In this document: positions 19,565 through 28,776 of the stretch, piece by piece
How the letters are laid out: every line of letters begins with the position of its first letter
Numbering within the stretch: position 1 is the first letter of the stretch
From: Alphaproteobacteria bacterium
GTDB taxonomy: Bacteria > Pseudomonadota > Alphaproteobacteria > CBDBCS01
NCBI GenBank assembly: GCA_965203415.1
Contig: CBDBCS010000006.1
Coordinates: forward strand, 994,394 to 1,058,393
Length of the DNA stretch: 64,000 nucleotides
Reading direction: 5' to 3'
Program-made: the position numbers and the translations under genes
The notes under the pieces: generated by a model
Database searches by the model: none
What the model was told of the DNA's origin: nothing
Seen by the model: the letters and a program-made list of their open reading frames with translations, nothing else

Positions 19565-20556
19565 CCCTGAGCCCAGCTTGCCTCCAGGGTTTCCCAGAAC
19601 AGGTCGGCGACATGGACGCCCGAGAGACGGAGCATCTCCTGCACACACGTCGGCGACGTGATATTGAGTTCGGTCATATAGCCGTCAATGACGTCTACGC
19701 CGGCAAAAAAGAGCCTTTTTTTCTGCAAAAAAGGCTTCAGGCGTCGGCAAATTTCCTGCTCTCGGTCTGTTAGGTCGGTTGTTTCGGTTGTGCCCCCGGC
19801 GTGCAGATTAGCTCGGACGGTTCCTCGGATTGGGCGCCGATTGAGGGCACCGATGGGCTCGCCATCGAGGAGCAAAATACGTTTATCGCCCAGCTGCACC
19901 TTGGGTAGAAATTTTTGCAAGACAAAAGGCTCACGCGACCGCTGGAGCCAATCTTCTAGAATCGATTCGAAATTGACGTCTTCGGGCGAAAAAAGGAGAA
20001 TCCCTGCCCCACCACTCCCGAAGAGAGGTTTAAAGATCACGGCCCCTATCTCGGCTCGGAAGCGCCGGGCTTCTTCGGGGTCGCGCGTGATGAGCGTCGG
20101 AGGCACCAGATCCGGGAATTGCAAAACCGACAGTTTTTCCGGCGCATTCCGAATCCAGAACGGGTCGTTTACCACCACCACATCGGGTTTCAGAAATTCC
20201 AGCAGATGCGTATTGACGCCATAGGCCATATCAAAAGGCGGGTCCTGACGTATCAGAATGAGGTCCAGCTCGTGGAGTTGAGTGGACGCCCCGGGCCCGC
20301 ATTCGAAGGCGGGCGTTTTGTCGGGGTTCTCGCGGAACTGGAGCGGATGAAGAACGGCTCGAAGGGTCAGGCCGGACTTCAGGCTGGGTTTCGAATCGGG
20401 GGTATGCGGGGTCCGCAAGGTCAGCGAACTCGGATGGTAATAAAACAGGAGGTGCCCTCTCTTGTGCGCCGCCAACCCAAGAGCCAGACTGGTATCCGTC
20501 CGGGTTTGCAGCTGCGACGGTGGGTCCATTTGCAGGGCAATTTTGAGTTTTTTCAT
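19549..20556 (-). CDS. gshB: Glutathione synthetase (prokaryotic ATP-grasp type)
   Basis: MKKLKIALQMDP...DTSLALGLAAHKRGH... (GSH-S N-terminal domain) and ATP-grasp motifs (IFKPLFGSGGAGILL, GDKRILLLDGEPIGALNRRP, GVDVIDGYMTELNITSPT). Confidence 0.93.
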   Translation of the reverse strand: MKKLKIALQMDPPSQLQTRTDTSLALGLAAHKRGHLLFYYHPSSLTLRTPHTPDSKPSLKSGLTLRAVLHPLQFRENPDKTPAFECGPGASTQLHELDLILIRQDPPFDMAYGVNTHLLEFLKPDVVVVNDPFWIRNAPEKLSVLQFPDLVPPTLITRDPEEARRFRAEIGAVIFKPLFGSGGAGILLFSPEDVNFESILEDWLQRSREPFVLQKFLPKVQLGDKRILLLDGEPIGALNRRPIRGTVRANLHAGGTTETTDLTDREQEICRRLKPFLQKKRLFFAGVDVIDGYMTELNITSPTCVQEMLRLSGVHVADLFWETLEASWAQGWPRP

Positions 20557-22502
20557 ATATCCAGCTCTCGAATGGTTTGCGCGTTCTCCTGAATCCAGCG
20601 GAAGCGTTTATCCGCCTGACGGCCCATCAGCGTTGAGACCAGAATTTCGACGCTTTGGTCGTCGGGCAGCGGCGGCAGCGAAACGCGCGCGAGGGTTCTC
20701 TGGTCGTGGCGCATCGCCGTGTCGCGCAATTGCCGAGGGAGCATCTCGCCGAGGCCCTTGAAGCGCGAGATCTCCACATTCGCATTTTTGGCAAAGATCG
20801 TTTTCAGGAGGTGGGCTTTGTCTTCCTCGTCGCGGGCGTAGCGTATCGTGTCTTTATAGCTGATCCGGAACAGAGGCGGCTGAGCTAGATACAGCCGGCC
20901 CGCCTGCACGAGCGGCCGCATCTCTCGGAAAAAAAAGGTCATCAGCAGCGAAGCAATATGAGCCCCATCCACATCGGCGTCGGTCATAATAATGATTTTA
21001 CCATAGCGCAGATTTTCCAGACGGCAATTGGCCCCGCGCCCACACCCAAGGGCGAGTTGTAAATCTTTCAGCTCTTGATTATGGGTTAGCTTATCGGCCG
21101 AGGCACTCGCCACATTGAGAATCTTCCCCCGAAGCGGGAGCACCGCCTGCGTCAACCGGTCGCGCGCTTGTTTCGCCGACCCGCCCGCCGAGTCGCCCTC
21201 CACGAGAAAAAGCTCCGTCGTCTCGATGTGCGTCGAGCTGCAATCCGCCAGTTTGCCTGGCAATCTCAGGCGTTGAAAGGTGGATTTGCGGAGGGTTTCT
21301 TTTTCGGCCGTGCGTTTTTTACGCAGTTCGGCTCGGCCCAGAGCGGCCTCCAAAAGTCCCTGAGCGTTTTGCAGATCCGCCGCCAAATAGTGGTCCAGCG
21401 CGTCGCGAATTGAAGTTTCGACAAGTCGGGTGACTTCTCTCGAGGCGAGCTTTTCCTTCGTCTGTCCCTGGAATTGAGGCTCGGGGATAAAAACGGAAAC
21501 AAAGCCGAACAGCCCCTCCATGATGTCGTCCTGGGTCAGGTCTTTCACTTTACGAAAATGGACGCGTTCGCCGTGAGCTCGGACGGCTCGTCCGATGCCC
21601 AGGCGCAGGCCTTGTTCGTGCGTTCCGCCCAACGGTGTCGGAATGGTGTTGCACCAGTAACGGACGCCTTGGCAGGGACTCTGCCACACCAAGGCCCACT
21701 CCAGGCGAAAGTCCGGGTTCTGGATTCGGCCACAAAAGGGTTTTTCCACGGGCCCGACCTTCGTCTGAGAGGCTAGATAATCCTGGAGACCGTTCGGATA
21801 ATGGAGAACGTCCGAGACAGGCGGAACGCCCGCTTCTGGCGCAGAGTCCCTCGCGGGAGCTCCGGGAAAGTGCCAGATAATTTTGACGCCGGCTTGCAAA
21901 CAGGCTTTTTCCAGAGCCATTTGATAGATTCGCTCTGGACTAAAGGCGAGCTGGCCGAAAATATCGGGGTCCGGTTGAAACCGCAGGCGGGTGCCCGAGC
22001 GCCGCTTTTTCAACAAAGCCTCGGGGGCCGGCCGGACCGCCAGAGGCGCGGTCACCGCCCCCCGCTCGCAGGTGATCGCATAGAGTTTGTTGTCGCGGCA
22101 GACCTCGACGTCCAGCCGCGCGGACAAGGCGGCAATCACCGACAGGCCCACGCCGTGGAGACCGCCCGACATGCTATAGGCGCCGCTCGAGAATTTACCG
22201 CCGCTGTGAAGCTGCGTCAGAATGACCTCCAGAGCCGATTTATCCGGGAATTTCGGATGAGGGTCCACGGGAATGCCGCGGCCGTCGTCCGTGATCTCGA
22301 CAAAAGAGTCCTCTAGCACCGCTAAATAAATGGTTTTCGCGTGGCCCGCGACGGCTTCATCCATGGCGTTATCCAGCCCCTCGCCGACGAGGTGGTGCAG
22401 AGCCTTTTCATCGGTCCCGCCGATATACATGCCGGGACGGCGGCGGACGGGCTCTAGGCCCTCGAGCACCTCAATCTGCTCGGCTGTATAGGAATTCGCC
22501 AT
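20553..22502 (-). CDS. parE: DNA topoisomerase IV subunit B
   Basis: 649 aa: EVLEGLEPVRRRPGMYIGG, the GHKL ATPase fold, and Toprim motifs (ELFLVEGDSAGGSAKQARDR, IIIMTDADVDGAHI). The length fits ParE rather than the longer GyrB. Confidence 0.92.
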   Translation of the reverse strand: MANSYTAEQIEVLEGLEPVRRRPGMYIGGTDEKALHHLVGEGLDNAMDEAVAGHAKTIYLAVLEDSFVEITDDGRGIPVDPHPKFPDKSALEVILTQLHSGGKFSSGAYSMSGGLHGVGLSVIAALSARLDVEVCRDNKLYAITCERGAVTAPLAVRPAPEALLKKRRSGTRLRFQPDPDIFGQLAFSPERIYQMALEKACLQAGVKIIWHFPGAPARDSAPEAGVPPVSDVLHYPNGLQDYLASQTKVGPVEKPFCGRIQNPDFRLEWALVWQSPCQGVRYWCNTIPTPLGGTHEQGLRLGIGRAVRAHGERVHFRKVKDLTQDDIMEGLFGFVSVFIPEPQFQGQTKEKLASREVTRLVETSIRDALDHYLAADLQNAQGLLEAALGRAELRKKRTAEKETLRKSTFQRLRLPGKLADCSSTHIETTELFLVEGDSAGGSAKQARDRLTQAVLPLRGKILNVASASADKLTHNQELKDLQLALGCGRGANCRLENLRYGKIIIMTDADVDGAHIASLLMTFFFREMRPLVQAGRLYLAQPPLFRISYKDTIRYARDEEDKAHLLKTIFAKNANVEISRFKGLGEMLPRQLRDTAMRHDQRTLARVSLPPLPDDQSVEILVSTLMGRQADKRFRWIQENAQTIRELDI

Positions 22503-22608
22503 GAAACGTCGGGGAGGAAGGTCGGAAAAAATAAAAAACCGGGGCCGGCTAAAGATTTATCCGGAATTTATCCAGAAAATCTTGGAGGGCTCTGAAAGCA
22601 TGGGTATT

Positions 22609-23592
22609 TCAAAAAACAATCAGGCTCCCCTGGAATCCCAAGAGGAGAATCGAGAAAAAAAGACAAACCAAGCCGACCCCCGCCCAATACAGCCGGAAAG
22701 CCTGCCGAAGCGTCGCTTCGGTTAAAGCGGCCGAGCCCGTTCCTAGCCACGGAGCCTGTTTGAAATAGGTCCCATAGTGGCGCGGGCCTCCCAGACGGAC
22801 GTCGAGAGCCCCGGCCAAAGCGGCCTCGGGCCAGCCGGCATTCGGCGAGGCGTGCCGAGGCCCACTATGCCAGGCGGTGACGAAGGCTTTCTTGCCACAG
22901 GTGCGAGGAAAAAAAAAGCCTGCTGCGGCTAGAAAAAACGCACTCAATCGGGCGGGAAGCCAATTCGCGACATCGTCCGCACGAGCCGACCCCCAGCCAA
23001 ACGCCTGATAGGGCTCAAAGGGATAGCCGACCATCGAATCAAGCGTATTGACCATTTTATAGAAAAACAAGCCGGGCAGGCCGCCTAGGACCCAGAAAAA
23101 AAGAGGCGCTACTACCCCGTCGGAAAAATTTTCCGCCAGCGTTTCCAGGCATGCGCCTCGAATCTGCGTGGCGTCAAAAGCTCTGATATCTCGCCCGACA
23201 AGGTGGGAGAGATAAAATTTCGCCAGGTTTCGATCGTCCTGCCGGAGGGCTCGTTCTGCGTTTCGGACGCCATCGAACAGAGAACGTGCACTAATCATCC
23301 ATCCGACCACGACGCCCTCGAGCAGCAGCCCCGCGGGCTCGGAAAGCGGCGTGAGAAGCCTCGCAAGGCCCAGGAGGCCCAGGCCCGCCAAGCCCGCCAA
23401 GCTCGAAAGGAGGAGCCAGAAAACGACACCTTTGATTTTGCGATAACGCCCTCGATTCAAAGCGCGCTCCAACCCCCGCGCGCCCGTCCCAAACAGAGCC
23501 ACAGGGTGCGGGATATAGGGGTTGAGAAAACTCAGGTCTCTGAAAACTAGATCCACGCCTAGAGCGACAAAGAGAATTGCGATAGATGCCAC
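22609..23592 (-). CDS. cbiB: Adenosylcobinamide-phosphate synthase CbiB/CobD family membrane protein
   Basis: 327-aa multi-TM protein with HPVALFG...YLSHLVGRD...ETLAENFSDGVVAPLFFWVLGGLPGLFFYKMVNTLDSMVGY...NAGWPEAALAGALDVRLGGP, typical CobD/CbiB blocks. Confidence 0.85.
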   Translation of the reverse strand: MASIAILFVALGVDLVFRDLSFLNPYIPHPVALFGTGARGLERALNRGRYRKIKGVVFWLLLSSLAGLAGLGLLGLARLLTPLSEPAGLLLEGVVVGWMISARSLFDGVRNAERALRQDDRNLAKFYLSHLVGRDIRAFDATQIRGACLETLAENFSDGVVAPLFFWVLGGLPGLFFYKMVNTLDSMVGYPFEPYQAFGWGSARADDVANWLPARLSAFFLAAAGFFFPRTCGKKAFVTAWHSGPRHASPNAGWPEAALAGALDVRLGGPRHYGTYFKQAPWLGTGSAALTEATLRQAFRLYWAGVGLVCLFFSILLLGFQGSLIVF

Positions 23593-23672
23593 GCCAGACA
23601 GAGTTTACACTAGATTTCATGCCGGGGTTTACGCCGGGGTCTCGAAAGAATCGCATAATCTCCGGAATTGCG

Positions 23673-24815
23673 TCAAAAATTCAAGAGAAGACCCGCACGT
23701 TTTTCAAAATCGTGATTGTAATGGTGGTCGTGATGGTGAAGCGAGGCTCTGGGTCCATTCTGGGTCAATTGAGCTTTCACGCAGGTCAGGACTGGGTCCA
23801 GGCCCAGAGCCTGCATTGCCTTGTGAGCCTCGGGTCTTGCTTTTTTTTCGCCTTCGGGCGGGGTCGGGCGGCCTCGGAGGGCATAGCTCCCGGCGTGCCA
23901 CGGCCCATAGACTCGGTCGTCGGCCACGGCGTAGAGGCCTATAGTCGGGCACGCCACACAATGCGCCATATGCAGCAAGCCCGAATCGCTCCCCAGGAAC
24001 AGGTCTGCGCCTCGGCACAGGCTGGCCACGTCGAGCAGCCCGTGCGTCCCGAACATAGGATGACACTGAGCTGGGGGTATGGCCTCGACAAGACCCTGAC
24101 ACGCGGCCGCCTGCGTCTGGAGGCCCAGAAGATAAAAATGACACGCTTTCAGCTCCGGTTGGGCCAGGACCGCTCGAACGAGAGCTATATAGTTGTGTAG
24201 GCTCCAATCCTTCGGTGCCCAGTTGGATTTCGGGGCTAGCACAAAAGCCGGCCGAGGCAAATCTGCAAATCGAGCCAGACGCGCCGGAGCAAGATGGATT
24301 CGAGGCCTCGGGGCCTCTTGCAAAGAGGCCACCCCGGCATTCTGAGCCAGCTTATGCCGTTTATCGAGCACCCGCTGGCGGTCCAATTGAGGCGTCATAC
24401 GCAAAGGAGCTTTCAGAACCCTCGAAAAAGGCGACCGCCGCGAATCATAAACCAAGTCGAATCGACGTTTGCGCGCCCATTTGATAAGCTCGTGCCAGTG
24501 GCGGGCGTGCTTCTGTCGGTCGAAGGAAAAAATGTCCACGAGGTGGGGATGATCCTCGAAGAGCGGGCGGACCTTGTCGGGCGTGGCGATGAAGAGTTCG
24601 ACCTGCCCGGCGGTGCCCTGGCGACCGCCGCCGGGGGCCCCGGTGGTCTCGGGGGCGAGGGGTTGTGCCAGGACGGCCTCCAGGACGGCCTCGAGGGGTC
24701 CTAGGCCGAGCACGGTGTCCCCCAGAGAGCTATTGGTGATAAACAAGACTCGCAGCCCGCCCCTCGACGAGGCACGGTGAGCGGCGAGTCTCTTTTGAAT
24801 TTGGGGATAATACAC
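23673..24815 (-). CDS. Glycosyltransferase family 9 (heptosyltransferase-like)
   Basis: RVLFITNSSLGDTVLGLGPLEAV at the N-terminus and LFLGSDSGLLHMAHCVACPTIGLY near the C-terminus, matching GT9 signature regions. Confidence 0.8.
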   Translation of the reverse strand: MYYPQIQKRLAAHRASSRGGLRVLFITNSSLGDTVLGLGPLEAVLEAVLAQPLAPETTGAPGGGRQGTAGQVELFIATPDKVRPLFEDHPHLVDIFSFDRQKHARHWHELIKWARKRRFDLVYDSRRSPFSRVLKAPLRMTPQLDRQRVLDKRHKLAQNAGVASLQEAPRPRIHLAPARLARFADLPRPAFVLAPKSNWAPKDWSLHNYIALVRAVLAQPELKACHFYLLGLQTQAAACQGLVEAIPPAQCHPMFGTHGLLDVASLCRGADLFLGSDSGLLHMAHCVACPTIGLYAVADDRVYGPWHAGSYALRGRPTPPEGEKKARPEAHKAMQALGLDPVLTCVKAQLTQNGPRASLHHHDHHYNHDFEKRAGLLLNF

Positions 24816-24922
24816 GCTCTTTTATACGCGCAAAGGCTGGCTCGGGTAAATGATATCCGGCCGGACGAGACTCCGCAAAAGAACAGGAAAAGAAAAAGAA
24901 AACATAGGATCAGACTTTTTCC

Positions 24923-27334
24923 ATGATTCGTTTTTATGACGTTCTCGTCCCCGTGCCGGTGTCGCACGGTTTCACCTATCGGCACGCTTCCGAGGAAGCC
25001 CTCGGGCGGGGTGTTTTTGTTTTGGTACCCGTCCGGACGCGGCTTTTGATGGGCGTTATTTGGGCCGAGCACCCCGCCGCTCCAGAGGCAAGCCCGCCGC
25101 CGGCGGCGGGCCCGGATCCGGGCATGGGCCCGGACATGGGCATGGGCCCATCGTCCGAGTCCCTCTTCCAGCCAGCCCCCTGCGTCTCGGCTTCTAGCGG
25201 GCCGACAGGCCCACCCAAGGCTCCCGGGGCTGCAGGAGCCGGTGGGGCTGCGACCGGTGCGCCCGGTGTCTCTGGTGCCGTGAAGGACATCGCCAAAGTC
25301 TATCACGAGGCCCCAGTCATCCCGGCCTCGTTTCTGCGTTTTCTGGTGCGAGCCGCCCGCTTTAATCTGACGCCCTTGGGGATGATGGTGCGTCAGACGG
25401 TTCCGGGAGTCTATATACTCCGCGGGCTTAAGAAGAAACTCTATGTGGCGGCGTCTTTTCCGGACCAATCGGCCGAGAGTCTAGGTTCCCCTGCTCTCGC
25501 GACACGGCTTGCGGCGGTGTGGCAGAAACTCCGCGACGCCGGCGGGGTTTTTGACACTCGAGCCGCCGCCGCTCGAAGTGCCCAGGTGCCGCCGAGCCTC
25601 CTTCAACGCATGGAGGCCCATCACTTATTAGACTGGCGGCTGCCTAGTCCAGCCCCGTTCTCGGCCCTCGAAACGAGGCGCACCCCAGGGTCCGAAAAAC
25701 CAAACATCCAACTGACACCCGATCAAGCCGAGGCGGCTCAGACGCTGTGTGCTCGAGTGCAGCAAGGCCGTTTTGCCGTCGAATTGCTGGAGGGCGTGAC
25801 CGGTTCGGGCAAGACCGAGGTCTATGCCCAAGCCATCGAGCTCTGCATCCGACAAGGGCGTCAGGTGCTGGTCTTGTTTCCCGAGATCGCCCTGACTTCC
25901 GAATTTGCCCGGCGTTTCGCAGTTTTACTCCAGCTTGAGCCTATTTTATATCATTCGGGCCTGACCCCGGCGGCGCGAAGAGAGGCCTGGTGGCAAGCGT
26001 GTGTCTGGCGAGCCCCTCTGGTGCTTGGGGCGCGTTCGTCTTTGTTTCTGCCTCTGTCGCATTTAGGTCTCATTGTGGTGGACGAGGAGCACGACGCCAG
26101 TTTCAAACAGAGCGATACCGTCCTGTACAACGGGCGCGATATGGCGATTTTGCGGGCTCAGTGCGAGAACATTCCCATTCTTTTAGCCTCGGCGACGCCC
26201 AGCATGGAGACACGCTTGAATGCCCAGCGCAAACGCTATGGTTGGACGCGACTCCGCACGCGTGTTGGGCCGGCTCGTGTGCCTCCCCGTTTGCCAATGG
26301 TGCATTTGGTCGATATGCGGAAAACCGAGCTGCCGGCCAGCCGTTTTATCTCAGAGGAAGCCCGAGAAGCCATAGAGCAAACCCTGGGGCGGTCCGAACA
26401 AGTGTTGCTTTATCAAAATCGGCGCGGTTACGCTCCCAGCGTGATGTGTCCTTCGTGTTCGTTTATTTTGCCCTGTCCGTTTTGTTCGGTTCGGTTGGTT
26501 TATCATGCCGCCAGGCATTTGGTCCTGTGTCACCATTGCGGCTTCGAGTCGAAACTGCCGGCACACTGTCCCGAGTGCGAACAGGAAGTCCAGGCCTCCA
26601 CCCGGTCGTGGCGCTTGATGGGCGCCGGGGTCGAGCGTATCTACGAAGAGGCACAAACCCTCTTTCCTCGAGTGCCTCTGGAGGCTGCAAGCTCGAGTCA
26701 TTTCGAGAACAAAGCTCGCATGGTGCTTTTTTTTGAAAACATTTTATCCCGGCGCACGCAATTGATTATCGGGACGCAGCTTTTAGCGAAGGGCTATCAT
26801 TTTCCGCATTTGACGCTCGTTGTGGTTCTGGACGGCGATTTTTTTGACAGCGGAGGCGACTTCCGAGCCGCTGAGCGATGCTTTCAGCTTTTGTCGCAAG
26901 TCGGCGGCCGCGCCGGCCGTGCCGAGCTTCCCGGCCGTGTCTTCATCCAGACCTATCAACCAGAGCATCCTTTGAGTCAGGCTCTGAAGCGTCACGATTT
27001 CGATTATTTTATGGAGCAGGAACAGAAGCTTCGCGAAATGGGCGCGTGGCCGCCTTATGGACATTTGGCGAGCCTAGAACTTTGGGCTCGAGACAAGACC
27101 AAATTAGATCACTGGGCAGAACGCTGGCGCCAGGCGGCCCCCGCTCATCCCGAGATTCGAGTGCTGGGGCCGGCGCCGCCGCCTCTGGAGCGGCTCAGAA
27201 ATTGGGAGCGCCGACGGTTTCTTATCAAGGGCCCGCAGCGGCTTCAGCCTTATGTAGAAACCTGGCGGCAGAGGGTGGCGACGCCCGCGGACCTCCGTGT
27301 CAAAATAGACATGGACCCCAGGAGTTTTCTCTAG
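24923..27334 (+). CDS. priA: Primosomal replication-restart helicase PriA
   Basis: LLEGVTGSGKTEVY (Walker A), VVDEEHDASFKQ (DEAH-like), a Cys-rich zinc region (CPSCSFILPCPFCSVRLVYH...CHHCGF...CPEC) and helicase C motifs. It also contains a low-complexity Pro/Gly insert. Confidence 0.93.
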   Translation: MIRFYDVLVPVPVSHGFTYRHASEEALGRGVFVLVPVRTRLLMGVIWAEHPAAPEASPPPAAGPDPGMGPDMGMGPSSESLFQPAPCVSASSGPTGPPKAPGAAGAGGAATGAPGVSGAVKDIAKVYHEAPVIPASFLRFLVRAARFNLTPLGMMVRQTVPGVYILRGLKKKLYVAASFPDQSAESLGSPALATRLAAVWQKLRDAGGVFDTRAAAARSAQVPPSLLQRMEAHHLLDWRLPSPAPFSALETRRTPGSEKPNIQLTPDQAEAAQTLCARVQQGRFAVELLEGVTGSGKTEVYAQAIELCIRQGRQVLVLFPEIALTSEFARRFAVLLQLEPILYHSGLTPAARREAWWQACVWRAPLVLGARSSLFLPLSHLGLIVVDEEHDASFKQSDTVLYNGRDMAILRAQCENIPILLASATPSMETRLNAQRKRYGWTRLRTRVGPARVPPRLPMVHLVDMRKTELPASRFISEEAREAIEQTLGRSEQVLLYQNRRGYAPSVMCPSCSFILPCPFCSVRLVYHAARHLVLCHHCGFESKLPAHCPECEQEVQASTRSWRLMGAGVERIYEEAQTLFPRVPLEAASSSHFENKARMVLFFENILSRRTQLIIGTQLLAKGYHFPHLTLVVVLDGDFFDSGGDFRAAERCFQLLSQVGGRAGRAELPGRVFIQTYQPEHPLSQALKRHDFDYFMEQEQKLREMGAWPPYGHLASLELWARDKTKLDHWAERWRQAAPAHPEIRVLGPAPPPLERLRNWERRRFLIKGPQRLQPYVETWRQRVATPADLRVKIDMDPRSFL

Positions 27335-27374
27335 AGATTTGTCTTTAGAGACTCCGCCTCTAGAGGCTACGTCT

Positions 27375-28127
27375 CTAGAGACCCGTGCCATAGAGGCCGG
27401 GGACACGGGCAGCGGCGACTCCATAGATCTGGCGGGCCCCGGCCTTGCGGAGGACGCGCGCACAGGCGTCAAGGGTTGCCCCTGTCGTGACGACGTCATC
27501 GACCAGCACGATCTTTTTGTGTTTCACAGAGGCCCCAGGTCTGAGTCGAAAAGCCTCTGCCAGATTCCGGAAACGGTCGGCGCGCCCTTTTGTCCCCTGG
27601 ATTGTGTTTTTGACGCGTTTCAGTGTTCCGACGTCGAGGTCCGTCTTCATGCGGGAGGCCATGTGGCGTCCTAACACCGCCGCCTGATTGAATTTTCGAT
27701 AGAGCAGGCGATTTCTGTGGAGCGGAACCGGCATCACACAATCCGGTTCTATCTTGGCTTTGACGAGGCTGGCGGCCATGTGTTCTGCGAGAAGGACGGC
27801 GATATCCCATCGGTCGGCGTATTTCAGACTCAGAATTAAATCGTGCATCAGGGGCCCGTCATAGACGAAAGGCGTCACGATTTTCTTCAGCGGCGGCGGG
27901 TCGTGCTGACATGTCTGACACAAGAGATTTTCCAGAATCGTCGGATTCGGCAGCGCACACCGCCGGCACGGATTATGATTCCAGACCAGCCCTCCCCAGC
28001 ATTTGGCACAGAGACTGTGCATCGTCTGCACAGGCGTTTGGCACCTGTGGCACAAAGGCGGGTAGATGAAATAGACCAGACTCCGCCACGCTTTTTTGGA
28101 GACCTGGCTCCATTGTTTTTTAGTCAT
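27375..28127 (-). CDS. ComF family protein (phosphoribosyltransferase domain)
   Basis: N-terminal Cys pairs (CHRCQ...CAKCW...CRRCALP...CQTC) and a C-terminal PRTase motif (KIVLVDDVVTTGATL). Confidence 0.8.
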   Translation of the reverse strand: MTKKQWSQVSKKAWRSLVYFIYPPLCHRCQTPVQTMHSLCAKCWGGLVWNHNPCRRCALPNPTILENLLCQTCQHDPPPLKKIVTPFVYDGPLMHDLILSLKYADRWDIAVLLAEHMAASLVKAKIEPDCVMPVPLHRNRLLYRKFNQAAVLGRHMASRMKTDLDVGTLKRVKNTIQGTKGRADRFRNLAEAFRLRPGASVKHKKIVLVDDVVTTGATLDACARVLRKAGARQIYGVAAARVPGLYGTGL

Positions 28128-28758
28128 GGTCTAGGCTCTGCAAAAAGAGACCGAAGCGGCCGGGCTGGATGGTGCCTACGGTTTTTTTCTCGGCGTTCTG
28201 AAAGAGCTCGGGCCAGAAAGAGCTTAAAGCCGTGAGCCTTTTGTCTAAAACGTCCCGTTCGTTTTTCTCGAAGGGGGCAAGTACATAGGCGGCCAGGTCC
28301 TGTTGTCCCGGCTGCCCCTGGTGCCCCTGGTGCGAGGTCGTCCGGGCGCCCACGCCGATTCGCATGCGCCAGAAGGCGGTCTCGCCCAAGTGCATCATAA
28401 GATTGCGCAAGCCGTTATGCCCGCCGTGGCCGCCGCCGGCTCTGAGGCGCAGGCGACCCAGCGGGAGGTAAATATCATCACACACCACCGTGACGTGCTC
28501 GAGAGGGATTTTATAAAACGACAGAATCCTCGCCAAAGACTCGCCCGAGCGGTTCATATAGGTCATCGGCTTGGCGAGTAAAAAACGGAGCTCTTGAATC
28601 TCTAGGACACAGAGCTGATTGTTCCATTTTTCGCGCCACAGAGGCTGGCCACCGGGACTCCACTGCCGGGCGAGTCTGTCTACAAACATAAAGCCCACAT
28701 TGTGGCGTGTTTTTTCATAGCTCTTTCCGGGATTGCCGAGTCCCGCCAACACCATCAC
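28120..28758 (-). CDS. pth: Peptidyl-tRNA hydrolase
   Basis: MMVLAGLGNPGKSYEKTRHNVGFMFVD...GGHGGHNGLRN, canonical Pth motifs. Confidence 0.93.
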   Translation of the reverse strand: MMVLAGLGNPGKSYEKTRHNVGFMFVDRLARQWSPGGQPLWREKWNNQLCVLEIQELRFLLAKPMTYMNRSGESLARILSFYKIPLEHVTVVCDDIYLPLGRLRLRAGGGHGGHNGLRNLMMHLGETAFWRMRIGVGARTTSHQGHQGQPGQQDLAAYVLAPFEKNERDVLDKRLTALSSFWPELFQNAEKKTVGTIQPGRFGLFLQSLDHD

Positions 28759-28776
28759 AGCACAATTACAATAGAA